64,000 nt of DNA from Chiloscyllium plagiosum (Eukaryota), in the NCBI RefSeq assembly GCF_004010195.1, contig NC_057718.1:11249569-11313568 (forward strand). The letters run 5' to 3'. The notes under the pieces are model-generated. The model was not told the DNA's origin. It was given only the letters and a program-made list of their open reading frames with translations, and ran no database searches. The position numbers were made by a program, and so were the translations under genes. Below, one piece after another: positions 11,441-24,211 of this stretch (position 1 is its first letter; every line of letters starts with the position of its first letter).

Positions 11441-11544
11441 CCCTCAAATGTCTTGGTCCCCAAACCTTCTACACTGAATGGTTCAACATGTGGCTACCCT
11501 AAGCTACCAGCAATGTCATTGCCATGACTAAATTCCCCAGCAGC

Positions 11545-12278
11545 TGCCATTGACCAGATACTGAACTGCATTCACCACATAAATACAACAGCAGAGGCTA
11601 GGAATTCTGCAGTTAGTAACTCACCCCCTGTCTCCCAAAGGTCTTGATGAAGAGCTTATGCTCAAAACGTTGACTCCCCTGCTCCTTGAATGTTGCCTGA
11701 CCGGCTGTGCTTTTCCAGCGCCACACGTTTTTACTCTGATCTCTAGCATTTGCAGTCCTCACTTTCTCCCTAAGGTTTTGTCCACCATCTATAAGGCACA
11801 AGTCAGGAGTGTGATGAAATACTTTCCACTTGCCCTGAATGAGAGCAGCTCCAAGAACACTCAAGAAGCTTGACACCATCCAGAAAAAAGCAGCCCGCTT
11901 GATTGGCACCACATCCACAATTGCCCACTCCCTCCACCACCAGCGCTCAGTAGCAGCAGTGTGTACCATCTCCAGGATGCACAGCAGAAATTCACTGAGG
12001 ATTCTTGGACACTGCCTTCCAACCCAAGACCACTTCCACCTGGAAGGACAAAACCAGCCGTTCACCATCCGGACTTGGAAATGTATACCCATACCTTGAG
12101 TGTCACTGGGTCGAAAATCCTGGAATTCCCTCCCTGAGCGCATTGTAGATCTACCTACAGCATGAGGTCTGCAGTGATTGAAGAAGGCAACTCATTACCA
12201 CCTTCTCAAGGGTAATGAGGGTTGGGAAGTAAGTGTTGGCCCAGTCAGTGACACCCATGTTCCACTGGTGAATAAACA
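11545..12278 (+). mobile_element. CR1/L2-group LINE 3' fragment, interrupted by a PLE terminus
   Basis: LSTIYKAQVRSVMKYFPLA...TLKKLDTIQKKAARLIG; homologous to 55845-56945. Confidence 0.8.
11643..11764 (+). mobile_element. Solo PLE terminus, family A
   Basis: tgatga-a-gagc-ttat-gctc-aaaacgtt; flanked by tctcccaaaggt (11631-42) and tctccctaaggt (11765-76). Confidence 0.8.
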
Positions 12279-12744
12279 ATGGAGCCCCTGATGGGGAGTT
12301 GCATCAGCAGAGTCCTCCTGCACCTGAGGTAAGGTGAGAGCAGGTCAGCTGAGATGCCTCCTTAGTGGAATAGTCTTCCAGGATTCACTGTCTTGTATTA
12401 ACACACGAGGAGTAACAGAGTGTTTCCTTAGGCAGAATATTCCAGATGCGTTCAGTTGGCCTAGTCTCTTTGGGAGGGTGTGCGAGTGACCGGAAAGTTC
12501 CAGCCTGCCTCCAATAATAGGCCTTAATGAGGCCGGAGTCAGTTATATGCTGCTTGTGGATGGATGGGTGGCCCTGATACCACCTCAATCCCATCCTGCA
12601 GGAAAATGGCCTGGGCCTGGTATGGAACCCACAAACCCACACACTGTCACTTGCACCAAAACTCAGGTGCCCTGAGGATATAAAGGATTCAGACGCCATC
12701 TTAGTTAGGAACACTTGAAGAATGATGACAATCTACTGGAAACC

Positions 12745-13340
12745 TATGAACCTAGAAGTAGGCCGTTCAGCTCCTCAAGCTGCTCAGCCGTCCAACACAA
12801 TCATGGCTGATCTCATCTTGACCTCGATGCCACTTTCCTGTTCATTCTCCATCACCCTTCAGCCCATTACTAATGAAAAATCTAACTCCTCCATAAATTT
12901 AATTAATTGACCCAACACCTGTGTAGTGAATTCCATTCCTGATGAAGACCTTATGCTCAAAACATTGACTCTCCTGCTCCTCGGATGTTGCGTGCCCGGC
13001 TGTGCTTTTTCAGCACCACACTCTTTGACTTTAATCTCCAGCATTTGCAGTCCTCACATTCTCCTCATGAACTCCATAGTTTCACGACACTTCAAGAGCA
13101 ACAATTTCTTCTCATCTCAGTGCTGAATCTGCTATCCCTTATCCAAAAACAAAGACCTCGCATTCTAGGTTGCCGTACATTGGGAATCATCTGTATTCCA
13201 TCTATTCTGTCAAGTCCCTTTCACAACCGATCCACCTCAATCCCATCATTCTTTTAAACTCCAGAGACTATCGGCCTACACTGCTCAATTTCTTTTCATA
13301 AGACAGACCCCTCACCCCCGGAATTAATCCGGTGAACCCT
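12745..13340 (-). mobile_element. CR1 3' fragment with a family A PLE terminus inserted at ~12933-13066
   Basis: ggccgttcagc...tcatggctgatc reverse CR1 tail; PLE flanked by tgaattccat / tgaactccat. Confidence 0.75.
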
Positions 13341-14480
13341 GGTCTTGTAAATGAAAAGCTTAATTTGAGCCCAGACACTTATTGTGCCTGTTAATGTATT
13401 ATCACTGGGCTGCGATAAATCTCTGTTGGATTCCTCAACACCACAAAATCCATGCCCCGTTTCTTATGCGGAGATAATATAAAAATTGACATGTCAGATA
13501 AAATATCCTGCTGGAGGCAAAATCGCATCAATACTAACTTCCAAGTAATGAGAAATATTGAAAGGGAAAGAAATTGCAGGAGAGTTGGAATAATTGAAAA
13601 GCTCTTTCAACGATGTCATGCAGCTATGGTGGGCTGTATGAGCTTTGTCTGTGTTTAATAAAGAACAGCTTTTCTGGTTGGCACTCAGAGGCCTACAGAA
13701 CAGGCATCAAGTGAGAGTCAGTGTCTTCAAGAGAGAAGATGATAAACACTGGAGGGGGATGGTGGGATAGGCGCGGAAGAATCCTCAATTAGAAGTACTT
13801 TTAACTGCAGCAAAATCAGAACAAACACACCCCTGCTGTGTAAATGGGGCTCTCGGCCCCACTGCTGATCCGCTGAGGGGAAACAAGGCTGGGTGTCTCC
13901 TCACAATCGGAGCGGTGAGATTATTAAAGGTTTATTGTGGGCTTTTAGAGAGGGGCTGTCGTTTGGACAGCTGAAGCTGCTTGTTTAAGCAGCTGTCTGC
14001 CTTCCTGAGGGACAGAGAGCTCAGGGGTGGGGAGGGGTGGGTTGAGCAAACGGTGATTGGAATGGGTTCATCAATGCGGCCCTCCCACCCAGTCACATAG
14101 AGGTGATGGAATCTACGTGGGGAGCAGGAGACTTTGCCTGAACTCCCTCCGTCCGGAGTAGAGGCATTGTAAGCTCACCGGAGGCAATGCAAAGGGTAAA
14201 GCAGTGCCTGGGTGGTTAAGGAAGGACCGCACTGCCGCCTAGACCTTCCTTCCACCATCACTGATGGCCCTGTGTTCTCGGGGCTGCTCTGTGGACAGTG
14301 TATTGCTGCACAGTGTTTGTGGAGAGGGACTGGATCAGAAAGGAGAGAGACTCGTCTCTCTGTTTGCGGGCAACGCTAAAGCCAAGGGGCATTGCTTTGG
14401 AGGTGGGGCTGGAGGTAATTTTGTGGTGCTATCAAGGAGCTTTTCATCAATGAATGGGAGCTGGACTGTCTCCCTTGAAA

Positions 14481-14640
14481 GGGTAAAAATGATGCTGGAA
14501 ACCCGAGTCTGAATTAGAGTGGTGCTGGAAAAGCACAGCAGGTGAGGCGGCATCTGAGGAGCAGGAAAGTCGACATTTCGGGAAAATGCCCTTCATCAGG
14601 AATAGAGGCAGGAGGCCTGCAGGGTGGAGAGATAATTCTC
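14481..14640 (-). mobile_element. Solo PLE terminus, family A
   Basis: Perfect 12-bp TSD tctcccttgaaa (14469-80, 14641-52); hammerhead-like core at ~14570-14600. Confidence 0.85.
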
Positions 14641-15159
14641 TCTCCCTTGAAAAGCCGTCCAGGTTGGGTGGGGTCATTTGCAATTTCAAAATGGAGAATG
14701 AGGTAAGGATATTCATTCCTGTAGGACCATGTTGGAATTACGATACAGGGCACCCATGACTGAACTGAATGGTAGAATCAGCTCAAAGGGCTGAATGGCC
14801 TCAGCATATATCCCTCTGCAGAGCCAAGGCCATTTCTGCATCTCAAACCATTTTTGAAAATTCTCTTCAGAGATGTGGGTGTCTCAGGCGAGGCCATCAC
14901 TGACCACTCACTTGTAGTTGCACCTGGAGAAGATAATGGTGAGCCACCTTATTGAACCTCGGGAGTGTATGCCATTTGAGTACATTCGAAAACCTCGTTG
15001 AGAACTCTGAGGCATGTCAAGGGTGTATTCCAAGTGAACACAGAGTGCTTTTGTTACTGCATGAAGTCCTGCTAATCCTTGGTCCAAAATCGCATCTGAC
15101 TTCTTTCATGCCCGTGGAAATGGCAATATCTTCAATGACTTGACTCAGTAAACTTGCTA

Positions 15160-15350
15160 CGGTCCCATTGGGCTGCTTAGAGAGAGAGAGACAAGTGGTG
15201 GCGGTTTAACCTGAGGGTCGCCACTCCTCAGGCAAGGGGCACGTTTCAGAAGGCAGAACCTTCACTGTAACATGAGCTGGTGTGGGAATCGAACCCATGA
15301 TGTTGGTGTCACATTGCATAGCAAACCCACTGTCCAAGCTAACTCACTCC
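15160..15350 (-). mobile_element. tRNA-related SINE family 3
   Basis: (ga)n-gtggtggcggtttaacctgagggtcgccactcctcagg...gggaatcgaaccc (reversed B-box); other copies at 27795, 45205 and 46960. Confidence 0.65.
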
Positions 15351-15457
15351 CAACCTGTACTAAGGATCCCATCATTCATCGATTTCACAACATGTTATAC
15401 ATAAAAGTCACACACTCTAAGCTCCTGTTATGGATTATTGGGCTCTCCTGGGGTGAC

Positions 15458-15588
15458 ATTCCTGATGAAGAGGTAATGCTGCAAACGTCGACTTTCCTGC
15501 TCCTCGGGTACTGCCTGCCCTGCTGCGCTTTTCCAGCACCACTCTCTTGACTCTGATCTCCAGCATCTGCAGTCCTCACATTCTCTCC
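15458..15588 (+). mobile_element. Solo PLE terminus, family A (decayed core)
   Basis: ttcctgatgaag...aaacgtcgactttcctgctcc...gcagtcctcac. Confidence 0.8.
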
Positions 15589-16434
15589 TCGGGAGTTGAC
15601 ATGCCATTCCAGGTCATGTGTGAGAAATCAAGTATCAATCACACTACTTCTTCTCTGTGTTATCACAGGTCCGTTATTCTAGCAGAATGGTTGATTTCCA
15701 AATTGGAAGCTCTAGTCCTGTAATGTGGAGAGACCAAGGGAAATGTACACATTGCCATGTTACATCTACGAGGAGCACCTCCGAGTAAAATTATTCCACC
15801 ACCAGGTGTGATCAGGTTTGGAACACCAAATTGGATCGATTTACCCCCTTTGCACCCACATACTCCCCTTGAAAAGCAACGTGTGGAATCCCAAAAGGAA
15901 ATGGCCCCGTCAAAAATGCACATTCAGCTCTGCCAAAAATCACAAGCGGATCAACAAACAAGTCTGTGCTCAGGATTCAATGTGACAAATCCAAGATCCC
16001 AATACGGCTCAACAGTGAGATGGAGCTGAGGGAAAACTGGACTGTTCCAGTTTCCGATCCCCATTCCAATCCCGTTGCATCGTGAACCCAAACAGGAATG
16101 ATACACAAAGTCATCATCTCAAGGTGTAGAATTATCAGCGCTTTAATTGTATGTAATAAAGCCCCTCAGGCTATTATAAAGAGTTGAACTTGCTTTCAGA
16201 ATGTACACTCATCTTATCTTTAAGAGAATTCAACTTTAAGGACTTCATGTGCTGTGTGTACACAATGTTATGACTCTTCCTCCTGCTGGGTCTACTGTGG
16301 GTTTGGATGCTGCACTGTTGTTGCTGCAATGTCAGTTTCACATTGCAATGTGTTTTACTGTTTTAAACAAACTAACCCAGAGAGTAACTCAGATCCTAAT
16401 GTGAATTGATTATTAGACCATTATCCTTAACATG

Positions 16435-16636
16435 AGAACTTCTGTGGAATCCTTTAATGCGGTAGGCTGTCGAGGCTGGCTCATTAAGTACATTCAAGAC
16501 TGAGAATTTAATCAGGAAGGCAACCGAGGGTTATGGGGAAAAGGAAATGTAGAGTTCAGATCAGCTAGGATCAGATTGAATGGCAGAGCAGGCTCGATGG
16601 GCTGAATGGCCTCCTTCTGCTCCTATGTCTATGGTC
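16435..16636 (+). mobile_element. CR1 3' fragment
   Basis: ctgtggaatcc...attcaagactgag...gatgggctgaatggcctccttctgctcctatgtctatggtc. Confidence 0.7.
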
Positions 16637-16638
16637 TC

Positions 16639-16848
16639 TGCAGTGATTATAATGAGGTCAGCCAGGTGGACCTCATAGAATATGAGTTCCCTGATTGGGG
16701 CTGTTAACCTGGTCCAATCAGGGAGCCTTGGCTGACAGTTAGAAACAGGAGGGTCTGAGAGCTGGCTCTGAGGGAGCAGATCAGTGTCAAGGACTCTCCA
16801 TAAAGAGTGACTTGGGGACAGGGAACTGGCCTCTGTGGAGTTACATCA
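16639..16848 (+). mobile_element. Solo LTR
   Basis: TG...CA ends; 5-bp flanks gtctc/atctc; internal inverted repeat ccctgattgg...ccaatcaggg (CCAAT boxes); degenerate polyA signal cataaa. Confidence 0.7.
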
Positions 16849-16959
16849 ATCTCTTTTGGAGCAAAAATATTAGGAGCAGAATGGGCCTCAGCTGTGTTGG
16901 ACTTCCAGAGTTAAACGCTTGAGTAACAACCATTTGGCTGATGTATCTGAGAAAAAAAA

Positions 16960-17290
16960 GGAATTTGTATCTATAAGGTTTCTTTCACAACTTCAGGGTG
17001 TCCCAAACCATGTGACATTCAATAAAATGCTTCCCCAGTTGAAATTCAGTTGAGTTGTTGGAGGAAGGATGACAGAGGTTCAGCATGTCACAAACAGCAA
17101 TGTGTTAGTGAGCACAGATCCTGCTGGTTCAGGGATAGATGTTGGGCACAACATCAAAAAACCCTTTTCCTCAAAACTGGGCTGTGGGGTGCTTCAGTCC
17201 CACAGCAGGGAGAGAGAGTAGGCTTATCAACGCCCATGGGTGACACCACCTCTGACAGTGTCACACTCTGTCAGTATGGCACCAAACAGC
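16960..17290 (-). mobile_element. Deu-domain SINE (SacSINE1-like), degenerate
   Basis: caccacctctgacagtgtcacactctgtcagta is the reverse of the Deu-domain start; tail tttgtatctataag...ttcacaacttcagggtgtcccaaa. Confidence 0.55.
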
Positions 17291-17319
17291 CAGATCCGAT
17301 GACAGGCTTTCCTTTAGAA

Positions 17320-17642
17320 ATTCGCTCATGGGACGTTGGTGTCACTGACTGGGCCAGCATTCATTGGTCATCCTTCATCACTCAGAGGGCAGTAAAGGGT
17401 CAATCATGTTGCTGTGGGTCTGGAGTCATGGGTAGGCTGGACCATGTAAGGATGGCAGATTTTCTTCCCTAAAGAACATGAGTGAACCACAATGAGTTTT
17501 CTCAATAATCAATGCTTGGTCACCATCAGATTCTTAATTCCAGATGCATTGAATTCAATGCCACTGTGGGATTTGAAGTGAGATCTCTGGAATATTAGCT
17601 GGTGGGGGGAGTAGTCTAGATTAGTAGTCTAGCAATAATACC
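17320..17642 (-). mobile_element. SINE family 2, near full length
   Basis: gttgctgtgggtctggagtcatg...tagattagtagtctagcaataatacca. Confidence 0.75.
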
Positions 17643-17669
17643 AAACGATCATCATCTTCCCTTGAAGTC

Positions 17670-17890
17670 CGTGGATTTCCACTAGGTGCTCGGTTTCCTC
17701 CCACAGTCCAAAGATGTGCAGGTTAGGGTGGATTGGCCACGGAGAATTGCCCATAGTGTCCAGGGATGTGTAGGCTAGGTGAGTTAGCCATGGGAAATAT
17801 TGGGCTGGGGTGGGGGCTGAGTGGGACTCCTTTCAGAGAGTTGGTAGTGACTCGAAGGACCGAATGGCCTCTTTCCGCACCGTAGAGATT
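17670..17890 (+). mobile_element. HE1-type V-SINE, 5'-truncated
   Basis: ggtttcctcccacagtccaaagatgtgcaggttag V-domain. Confidence 0.8.
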
Positions 17891-17986
17891 CAACAGTTTT
17901 ATGATTCCAAGTCCCTGGAACTCCCCAGACCTTCTTGGAAGGTGTGTCCTGTCATGTCTACCTGAGGGTCCAGCCTGCGCCTTGGC

Positions 17987-19070
17987 TTTTTTTTGTAAAT
18001 ATTTTTATTGAGAAAAAAAAATTAAAGTTTTTTACAAATTACAAACCCACCACAAAATTGCATGACAACTTTATAATATAATGACAATAACAAGAAAGTT
18101 CACTCCACAAATGGCTGAAACGAGAGAGAGAAAAAACCATACAAAAACTACAATTTAATAAATAACTAAAGGGAAAAAAAAAGAAAAAGAAACAAAATAA
18201 AACTAAACCAAGTTATACCAAGGTAACAAATTATATAGAATTAAGTTACTACACTCAGCACAATCCTACTGAAGCTCCCCACCACTGGTACCATTAGTAA
18301 GTAAACCCAGATTTATTCAGGATTCTTCCCCCCAGGAGCCCCCAGACATAGCCCTCGCGGCTACACAAAGGCCCTGACCAATACGGCCGACAAGTCTGCA
18401 TCAATATAATTCAGAAAGGGCCGCCATGTTCTAGATTAGATTCCCTACGGTGTGGAAACAGGCCCTTCGGCCCAACAAGTCCACACCGACCCTCCAAAGA
18501 GACACCCACCCAGACCCATTCCCCTACATTTACCCTGACTAATGCACCTAACACTACAGGCAATTTAGCATGGCCAATTCACCTGACCTGCACATCTTTG
18601 GACTGTGGGAGGAAACTGGAGCACCCGGAGGAAACCCACACAGACATGGGGAGAATGTGCAAACTCCACACAGACAGTCGCCCGAGGCTGGAATTGAACC
18701 CGGGTCCCTGGTGCTGTAAGGCAGCAGTGCTAACCACTGTGCTACCGTGCCGCCCATAAAACTGCTCTATAAAACAGTTCCATTTTTTGGTGCACCATAC
18801 CCATAAGGCAGTCCAGAGCAATAACTAATCTACGCCTCCCCGAAAGTCCTGGGGGATTCTCTGACACCCAGCTCACTAGAATGCTCTTCCTCGCACAAAA
18901 TGAAAGGATATTAAACAATTTCTTCCCATGTACATCCAAAGATTTGGAAGACCCAAGAGGAGGGACACAGGATCCAACTTAACCTCAGTTCCCAAAAACC
19001 TCTTCCAAGACGCTCACTAAGGCATCCCAATACCTACTGAAGTTTGTGGCATGACCACAAGTATTGAGGG
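17987..19070 (-). mobile_element. L1-clade LINE 3' end (ORF2 C-terminus, 3' UTR, polyA)
   Basis: Minus strand reads LWSCHKL.YW...LLGL...KKLFNILSFCARKSILVSW...RTWRPFLNY; T-rich UTR, AATAAA and polyA; TSD tgcgccttgg at 17976-85 and 19071-80. Confidence 0.8.
18431..18755 (-). mobile_element. HE1-type V-SINE, full length, nested in L1
   Basis: gggcggcacggtagcacagtggttagcactgctgc head, V-domain and (aatct)n tail on the minus strand. Confidence 0.92.
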
Positions 19071-19314
19071 TGCGCCTTGGTTTCAGGTCTGTACACAATT
19101 AAAGGGACAGCAGCTTCTGTGGGAGAGGGAGGGGAGGTGGGAGGGGCACGAGCGAAATTGATGATTAATAAGAGAGGGTCAAAAAAGTCATAATATAATT
19201 AATGACAAAACGAAATACCACAGATGAAAGGAAAATTAATGAAAGGGCCGTGCAACAAAGCAACACTTCTGCTTTCCACCAAGTTCAATCACTCTGCCTC
19301 AGGGGCAGGAAGAG

Positions 19315-19590
19315 ACAAAAAAAACTCCAGATACTGGAATCCAAAGTAGATAGGCAGGAGACTGGGAAAATACAGCAAGGCAGGCAGCATCAGGAGGGAC
19401 AGGCAGGAGGCTGGGAAAATACAGCAAGGCAGGCAGCATCAGGAGGGACAGGCAGGAGGCTGGGAAAACACAGCAAGCCAGGCAACATTAGGAGGGACAG
19501 GCAGGAGGCTGGGAGAACACAGCAAGCCAGGCAGCATCAGGAGGTGCAGAAGTCAACATTTTGGGTGTAACCTCTCCTGCCTGTCTACTC
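19315..19590 (-). mobile_element. PLE-type terminus family C containing four 49-bp tandem copies
   Basis: gacaggcaggaggctgggaaaatacagcaaggcaggcagcatcaggagg recurs at ~19349, 19398, 19447 and 19496. Confidence 0.75.
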
Positions 19591-19619
19591 GGAGTGAGGA
19601 AGGAGCAAGTGTGTGTGGA

Positions 19620-19985
19620 AAGATCCCAGAGTCTGTTTATCTATCGATTTCTCTCACAGCCTCCAGCTCTACAATCAGGCAAGATCTCTTTGCTCCTTCA
19701 ATCCTGGCCTCCTGCTCAACCCTGATATTAATTGCTCCACCATTGGTGTCTGTGCCTTCAGCTGTCTGTGTCCTAAACCCCGGAATTGCCTTCCTCTCTC
19801 TCTCTCTCCCTCTTTCTGTGTCTTTCCCCCTCTCTCTCTCTCTCTCAGTCTTTTCATAATATAACCTTGACAACATCTCTCAGCCTTTGGGTCAGTTACC
19901 TTCATTTCATGTAGCTTGCTCCTGTGAAATGCCTTGGATCATTTTACTATGTGAAAGGTGCAATACAAATGCGGTTTATCGCTTG
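19620..19985 (+). mobile_element. L2-type LINE 3' end
   Basis: gctccaccattggtgtctgtgccttcagctg...tgtgaaatgccttgg...aaaggtgcaatacaaatgc. Confidence 0.65.
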
Positions 19986-20598
19986 TAGTAACTGCAGGAA
20001 TTGTGGCAGGATCAGTTGATAGATGGCCAGATCTAAGCATTGGACAACAGCTGCCAGTGTCTGTTGCATTGTTTGTGCAGCGGTCTTTAGCTAAGACTCT
20101 GTTAAACTCAAGACTCTGTACCACTGACGTGTCAGAAAGAAGCTGTTCAGTTCACTGTGGCTGCACAAGTTTTACCACCCAATCACCTACCTTTCCTCCA
20201 TGTTCCTGCATTTCTATCCAAATGATCATGCAATGCCCTCTTGAATGCCTCAACTGAGTGTCCTTCCAGGCAGGACATTCCACACCCTAACTACTCGCTG
20301 TGTAAATCCGTCTTCTCTGACATCACTACTGCTCCTTTTTGAAACTCACTTTAAATCTACCTCCTCCTTCCTGTTCCTTTCATGCATCAGAACAGTGTCT
20401 CCCTGTCTACTCTGCTCAGCCCACTCATGAGATTGAAACCCCCGGTCAAATCTCTTCATCATTTCTCCTCATTGAGGTTCCTCATCCCTGGGACTATTCT
20501 TTTGTATGTTGCGTCTGCACTCTCTCCAACGAATTCACGTCCCTCCTGTACTCCAGCTGAGATCTAGCAAGTGTCCCGCACAAGTTCAACATTGCCCG

Positions 20599-20790
20599 GG
20601 TGAAAGTGAGGGCTGCAGACGCTGGAGATCAGAGTCGAGAGCGTGATGCTGGAAAAGCACAGCAGGTCAGGCAGCGTCCGCGGAGCAGGGGAATCGACGT
20701 TTCGGGCAAAAGCACAGCCCAAAACGTCGATTCTCCTGCTCCTTAGATGCTGCCTGACCTGCTGTGCTTTTCCAGCACCACATTCTTGAC
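20599..20790. mobile_element. PLE family A inverted pair
   Basis: About 85-bp arms around gggcaaaagcacagccc; flanks ttcaacattgcccg / ttcaacatcacctg. Confidence 0.85.
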
Positions 20791-20967
20791 TTCAACATCA
20801 CCTGCCTATTCTTGTACTCGGGTTGGTGTTGTGCCCCTCTGTCTCAGTTAGAGGCCCTGGGTTCAAGTCCCAGTCTAAATGATGTTTATCAAAGTAAAAC
20901 TCAGCCACCAGTGTGCGAGACATCCCAACATCTCTCAATACTGGTCACCAGCCTGGGTAAACGAAGG

Positions 20968-21165
20968 TGGGCAGGCAGGAGGCTGGAAGGACACAGCGAG
21001 CCAGGCAGCATCAAGAGGTGGAGAAGTCAACGTTTCAGGTGTAAAAGGAAAGGTTACCACCAACACGTTGACTTCTCCCACCTCCTGATGCTGCCTGGCT
21101 CGCTGTGTCCTTCCAGCCTCCTGCCTGCTTACCATGGAATCCAGAATCTGCAGTTTTTTTGTCTC
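20968..21165. mobile_element. PLE family C inverted pair
   Basis: ggcaggaggctggaaggacacagcgagccaggcagcatc...aagtcaacg and its reverse complement. Confidence 0.8.
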
Positions 21166-21574
21166 TGGGTAAATGAGGGGGCTGCTGGCAGGAGGATCAT
21201 CCAGCTGTTAAAAAAATACCCACCCAACAAGTTCAAAAACCAGGATTGATGTGAGCCAGCGTCATTACAACTCCTTGTTATGTTGGGAAAGTTGTCAGAG
21301 TTTTATTGGGATAAGAGCTGGCTAAAATCCTTCTTTTAACCACCACCACCACTAGATCAATGGATGAACTCGTGAATCATCAACAACTCATCCCCTGACT
21401 CTGTAAAGCCTGCCAACTATTTACAAGACACAGGAAGGGGTTGGGGTTGCTCTTGTCTGTTTATCTCACCCTCGACGACAGCATCTATACAATGCCAACT
21501 GGGCATGATTGTTAGCAGGATATTCAACCATAGTGGGAATCATTTTTAAACAGATTCAGTCCTTGCTTGCTGCA

Positions 21575-22050
21575 CACAGACACATACAGACACAGGCACA
21601 CACACTCACATTCACACACTTTCACATAGACATGCACACACTTTCGCACACACTCTCACAGACACACACACACACACACTCTCACACAGACACACACACA
21701 TTAACACAGACACAGACACACAGACTCACACACACAATCTCACACAGACACACACAGCTCTCACACAGACACACACACATTAACACAGACACAGACACAC
21801 GGACTCACACACACACTCTCATACAGAAATGCACACATTCACATAGACATACACACATAACACATACACTCTCAAACACATACACACACACTCACATACA
21901 CACTCTCACATACACTCACTCACTCAGACAGTCACACAGACACACACATACACGGAGGCACATACAGACACACACACATTCACATACACACAGACGCACA
22001 TACGCATGCACGCACATTCATGTACAGCATACATCTGTGTAGACCACATA
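21575..22050. repeat. Imperfect (CA)n/(CACAGA)n microsatellite
   Basis: Direct inspection. Confidence 0.95.
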
Positions 22051-23778
22051 TGCACATGGTTTCCAGTTGTTATACCAATGTAGAGTGTACTATTCTATCT
22101 GTCTCACTTGTCATGGGGAACTGGTTTCTGGGCTATGCACTGTATTTGGTGGCAGTCACCCAGGGGAGTTTGAGGAAGTCTTTTAACTGCAGGGCTGTTT
22201 CAGGCTGATACACTAATTGTCATCCCCACCCATGATCAGTTTGCTCAGAAAACAGCAGGAACTAACTGTGAGGCCATCTGCTCTGAGATCGTTTATCAGC
22301 TGAGGCTACAAAGGAATGAGAAAGATGGTTTTGTGAAATTATTGAAGTGAAATATGGGATTTGAGTATATTACCTAGAGTGGCTCTTGCTCCCTTTTACA
22401 TTATGCACACACACACTCACCAACTTACTCACTCCCTCCCTCTCCCACTCTCTCCATCTCTCACTCTCACTCCCTCACTCATTGTTCCCCCTCATTCCCT
22501 CCTTCCCTCACTCCCCTCCCTCACTTTACCTCTTGCAATTAAGAGTTGGTTTTTAAAATCTCTAAGTGCTTTCTGAATATGATATATGACACCTCTCTCC
22601 TCCCTGTTGCCTAAGGTAAGGTTCTGAAAGGGTTACTGTGGGGACTACATTAAGGTCCACTCAATCGGATAATGTCATATTCTTCTGGGGGCTGAAATTG
22701 TGAAAATAGCCCAAATCTCAAAGGGAAAGATGTGTTGTCTCCGTCTCCCAAGAGACCAGATATTTTCCTAAGCAGCCTGTTTAGAGATGTTGTGATGTAC
22801 CTCGGGAGCAGGTGGGACTTGAAATCCGGTCTCCTGGCTCAGAGATAGGGACACTACCATTGCACCACAAAGGCAACTTCCAACAGGTTAAGCAACAATC
22901 TCTCAACAGCTAATATAACCCGTGCCTAATTGCTGTCACATAATAAACGCCAAGGTCCCCTTGATGTTGACATCCACTAATGGCTGTTCCTTTGCCACTG
23001 TGAACTAAATAGGCCCTCAGACTTCATCAATGACCCTCAGACACAGCACTATCTCTCCTTCCTTCCCTCCCTCCCTCTCTCTCTCACTGAGTTACATTCT
23101 TTCTCTATCAGATTTGACACTCAGCACAAATGCTAAGGTAGTGAAGACAGCCAAAATGGCATTGTTTCCCCTCATGGTGATTGAACCTGGTTCCCTGGTT
23201 CAATCTTCACTCTGCCGATATCAGCTGTATCAATACACTGGGGAAGGCTTGCTGAGATTCCTGCTCCCAGTCACTGTCTAATAACCATGACCAGTTTGCT
23301 CAGATCAATAAGGTGTTCCCATGATATGGTGTACGCCTGTCAGCACACAACCCTCCAGGCTCATCCTTCTCAATGGCTACTGGAACATGGGTGTCACCCA
23401 CGGAATTTAAATTAATCTATAGAAAAATGATCATGTCAAACCTGAAGGCAGATGGCATTGAATAAGGAGTATGATAGAATTACGGGATTATGCAAGAAAT
23501 AAATTGGGCCACTTATCATTGGACGGGAGCTGCTGAGGAATGTTACTGTTGCATGGCGAGGGATCGGGTGACATACAAACTATTAGATGAAAATCATCTT
23601 AAACTCAAGTTGTCAGACAAGAGGAAGTGAAATGGACTGAAATATAATAGGCAACAATAACAAATCTGATCTCCTGTGCCCCTCTGATGTTCAACACTTC
23701 ATCCTCAGTGATGGGCCCTTCAGGGGCTAAGACCCTAGATTTTAGAATCTCCTTCCTAAACTGCTCTGTTTCACCAAA

Positions 23779-23845
23779 TCTCCTTCCTTCCCTCCATCTC
23801 CTTCCTTCCCTCCATCTCCTTCCTTCCCTCCATCTCCTTCCTCCT
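23779..23845. repeat. 18-bp tandem repeat (tctccttccttccctcca), ~3.5 copies, inside an L2 3' remnant
   Basis: Direct inspection. Confidence 0.85.
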
Positions 23846-24211
23846 CTATGGTACTCCTTAAGTCCTGTCCCTTTGACCAAACTTTCAGACCCTCCTGTGA
23901 CATGCCTTGAGATGATTGCCCTGATGAAAAGTTCTGTTTAAATGTCAACTATTGTACATTATATTCAGCAGCTGGATTATCCAGCTTGATCTTTTACCAG
24001 AAACCAGAGTGGTCTCAGATTTGATTTCTGTGTTGAATTCTGGGGTTCCTGGCTAACTCTCTCAAAGTGTTTTGCCTCTGATTGTAGACCTAAGACCACA
24101 AGATGTCAGAGCAGAAGTAAACCATTCAGCCCATCGAGTCTGCTTTGCTATACAATTACATCATGGCTGATCCGATAATCCTCAAATTCCTCTACCTCTT
24201 AATTCTCCTAG

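Noticed and set aside
21509..22042. His/Thr-rich 177-aa ORF (and similar ORFs at 44185-44638)
   Set aside because: Translation of CA-rich microsatellites.
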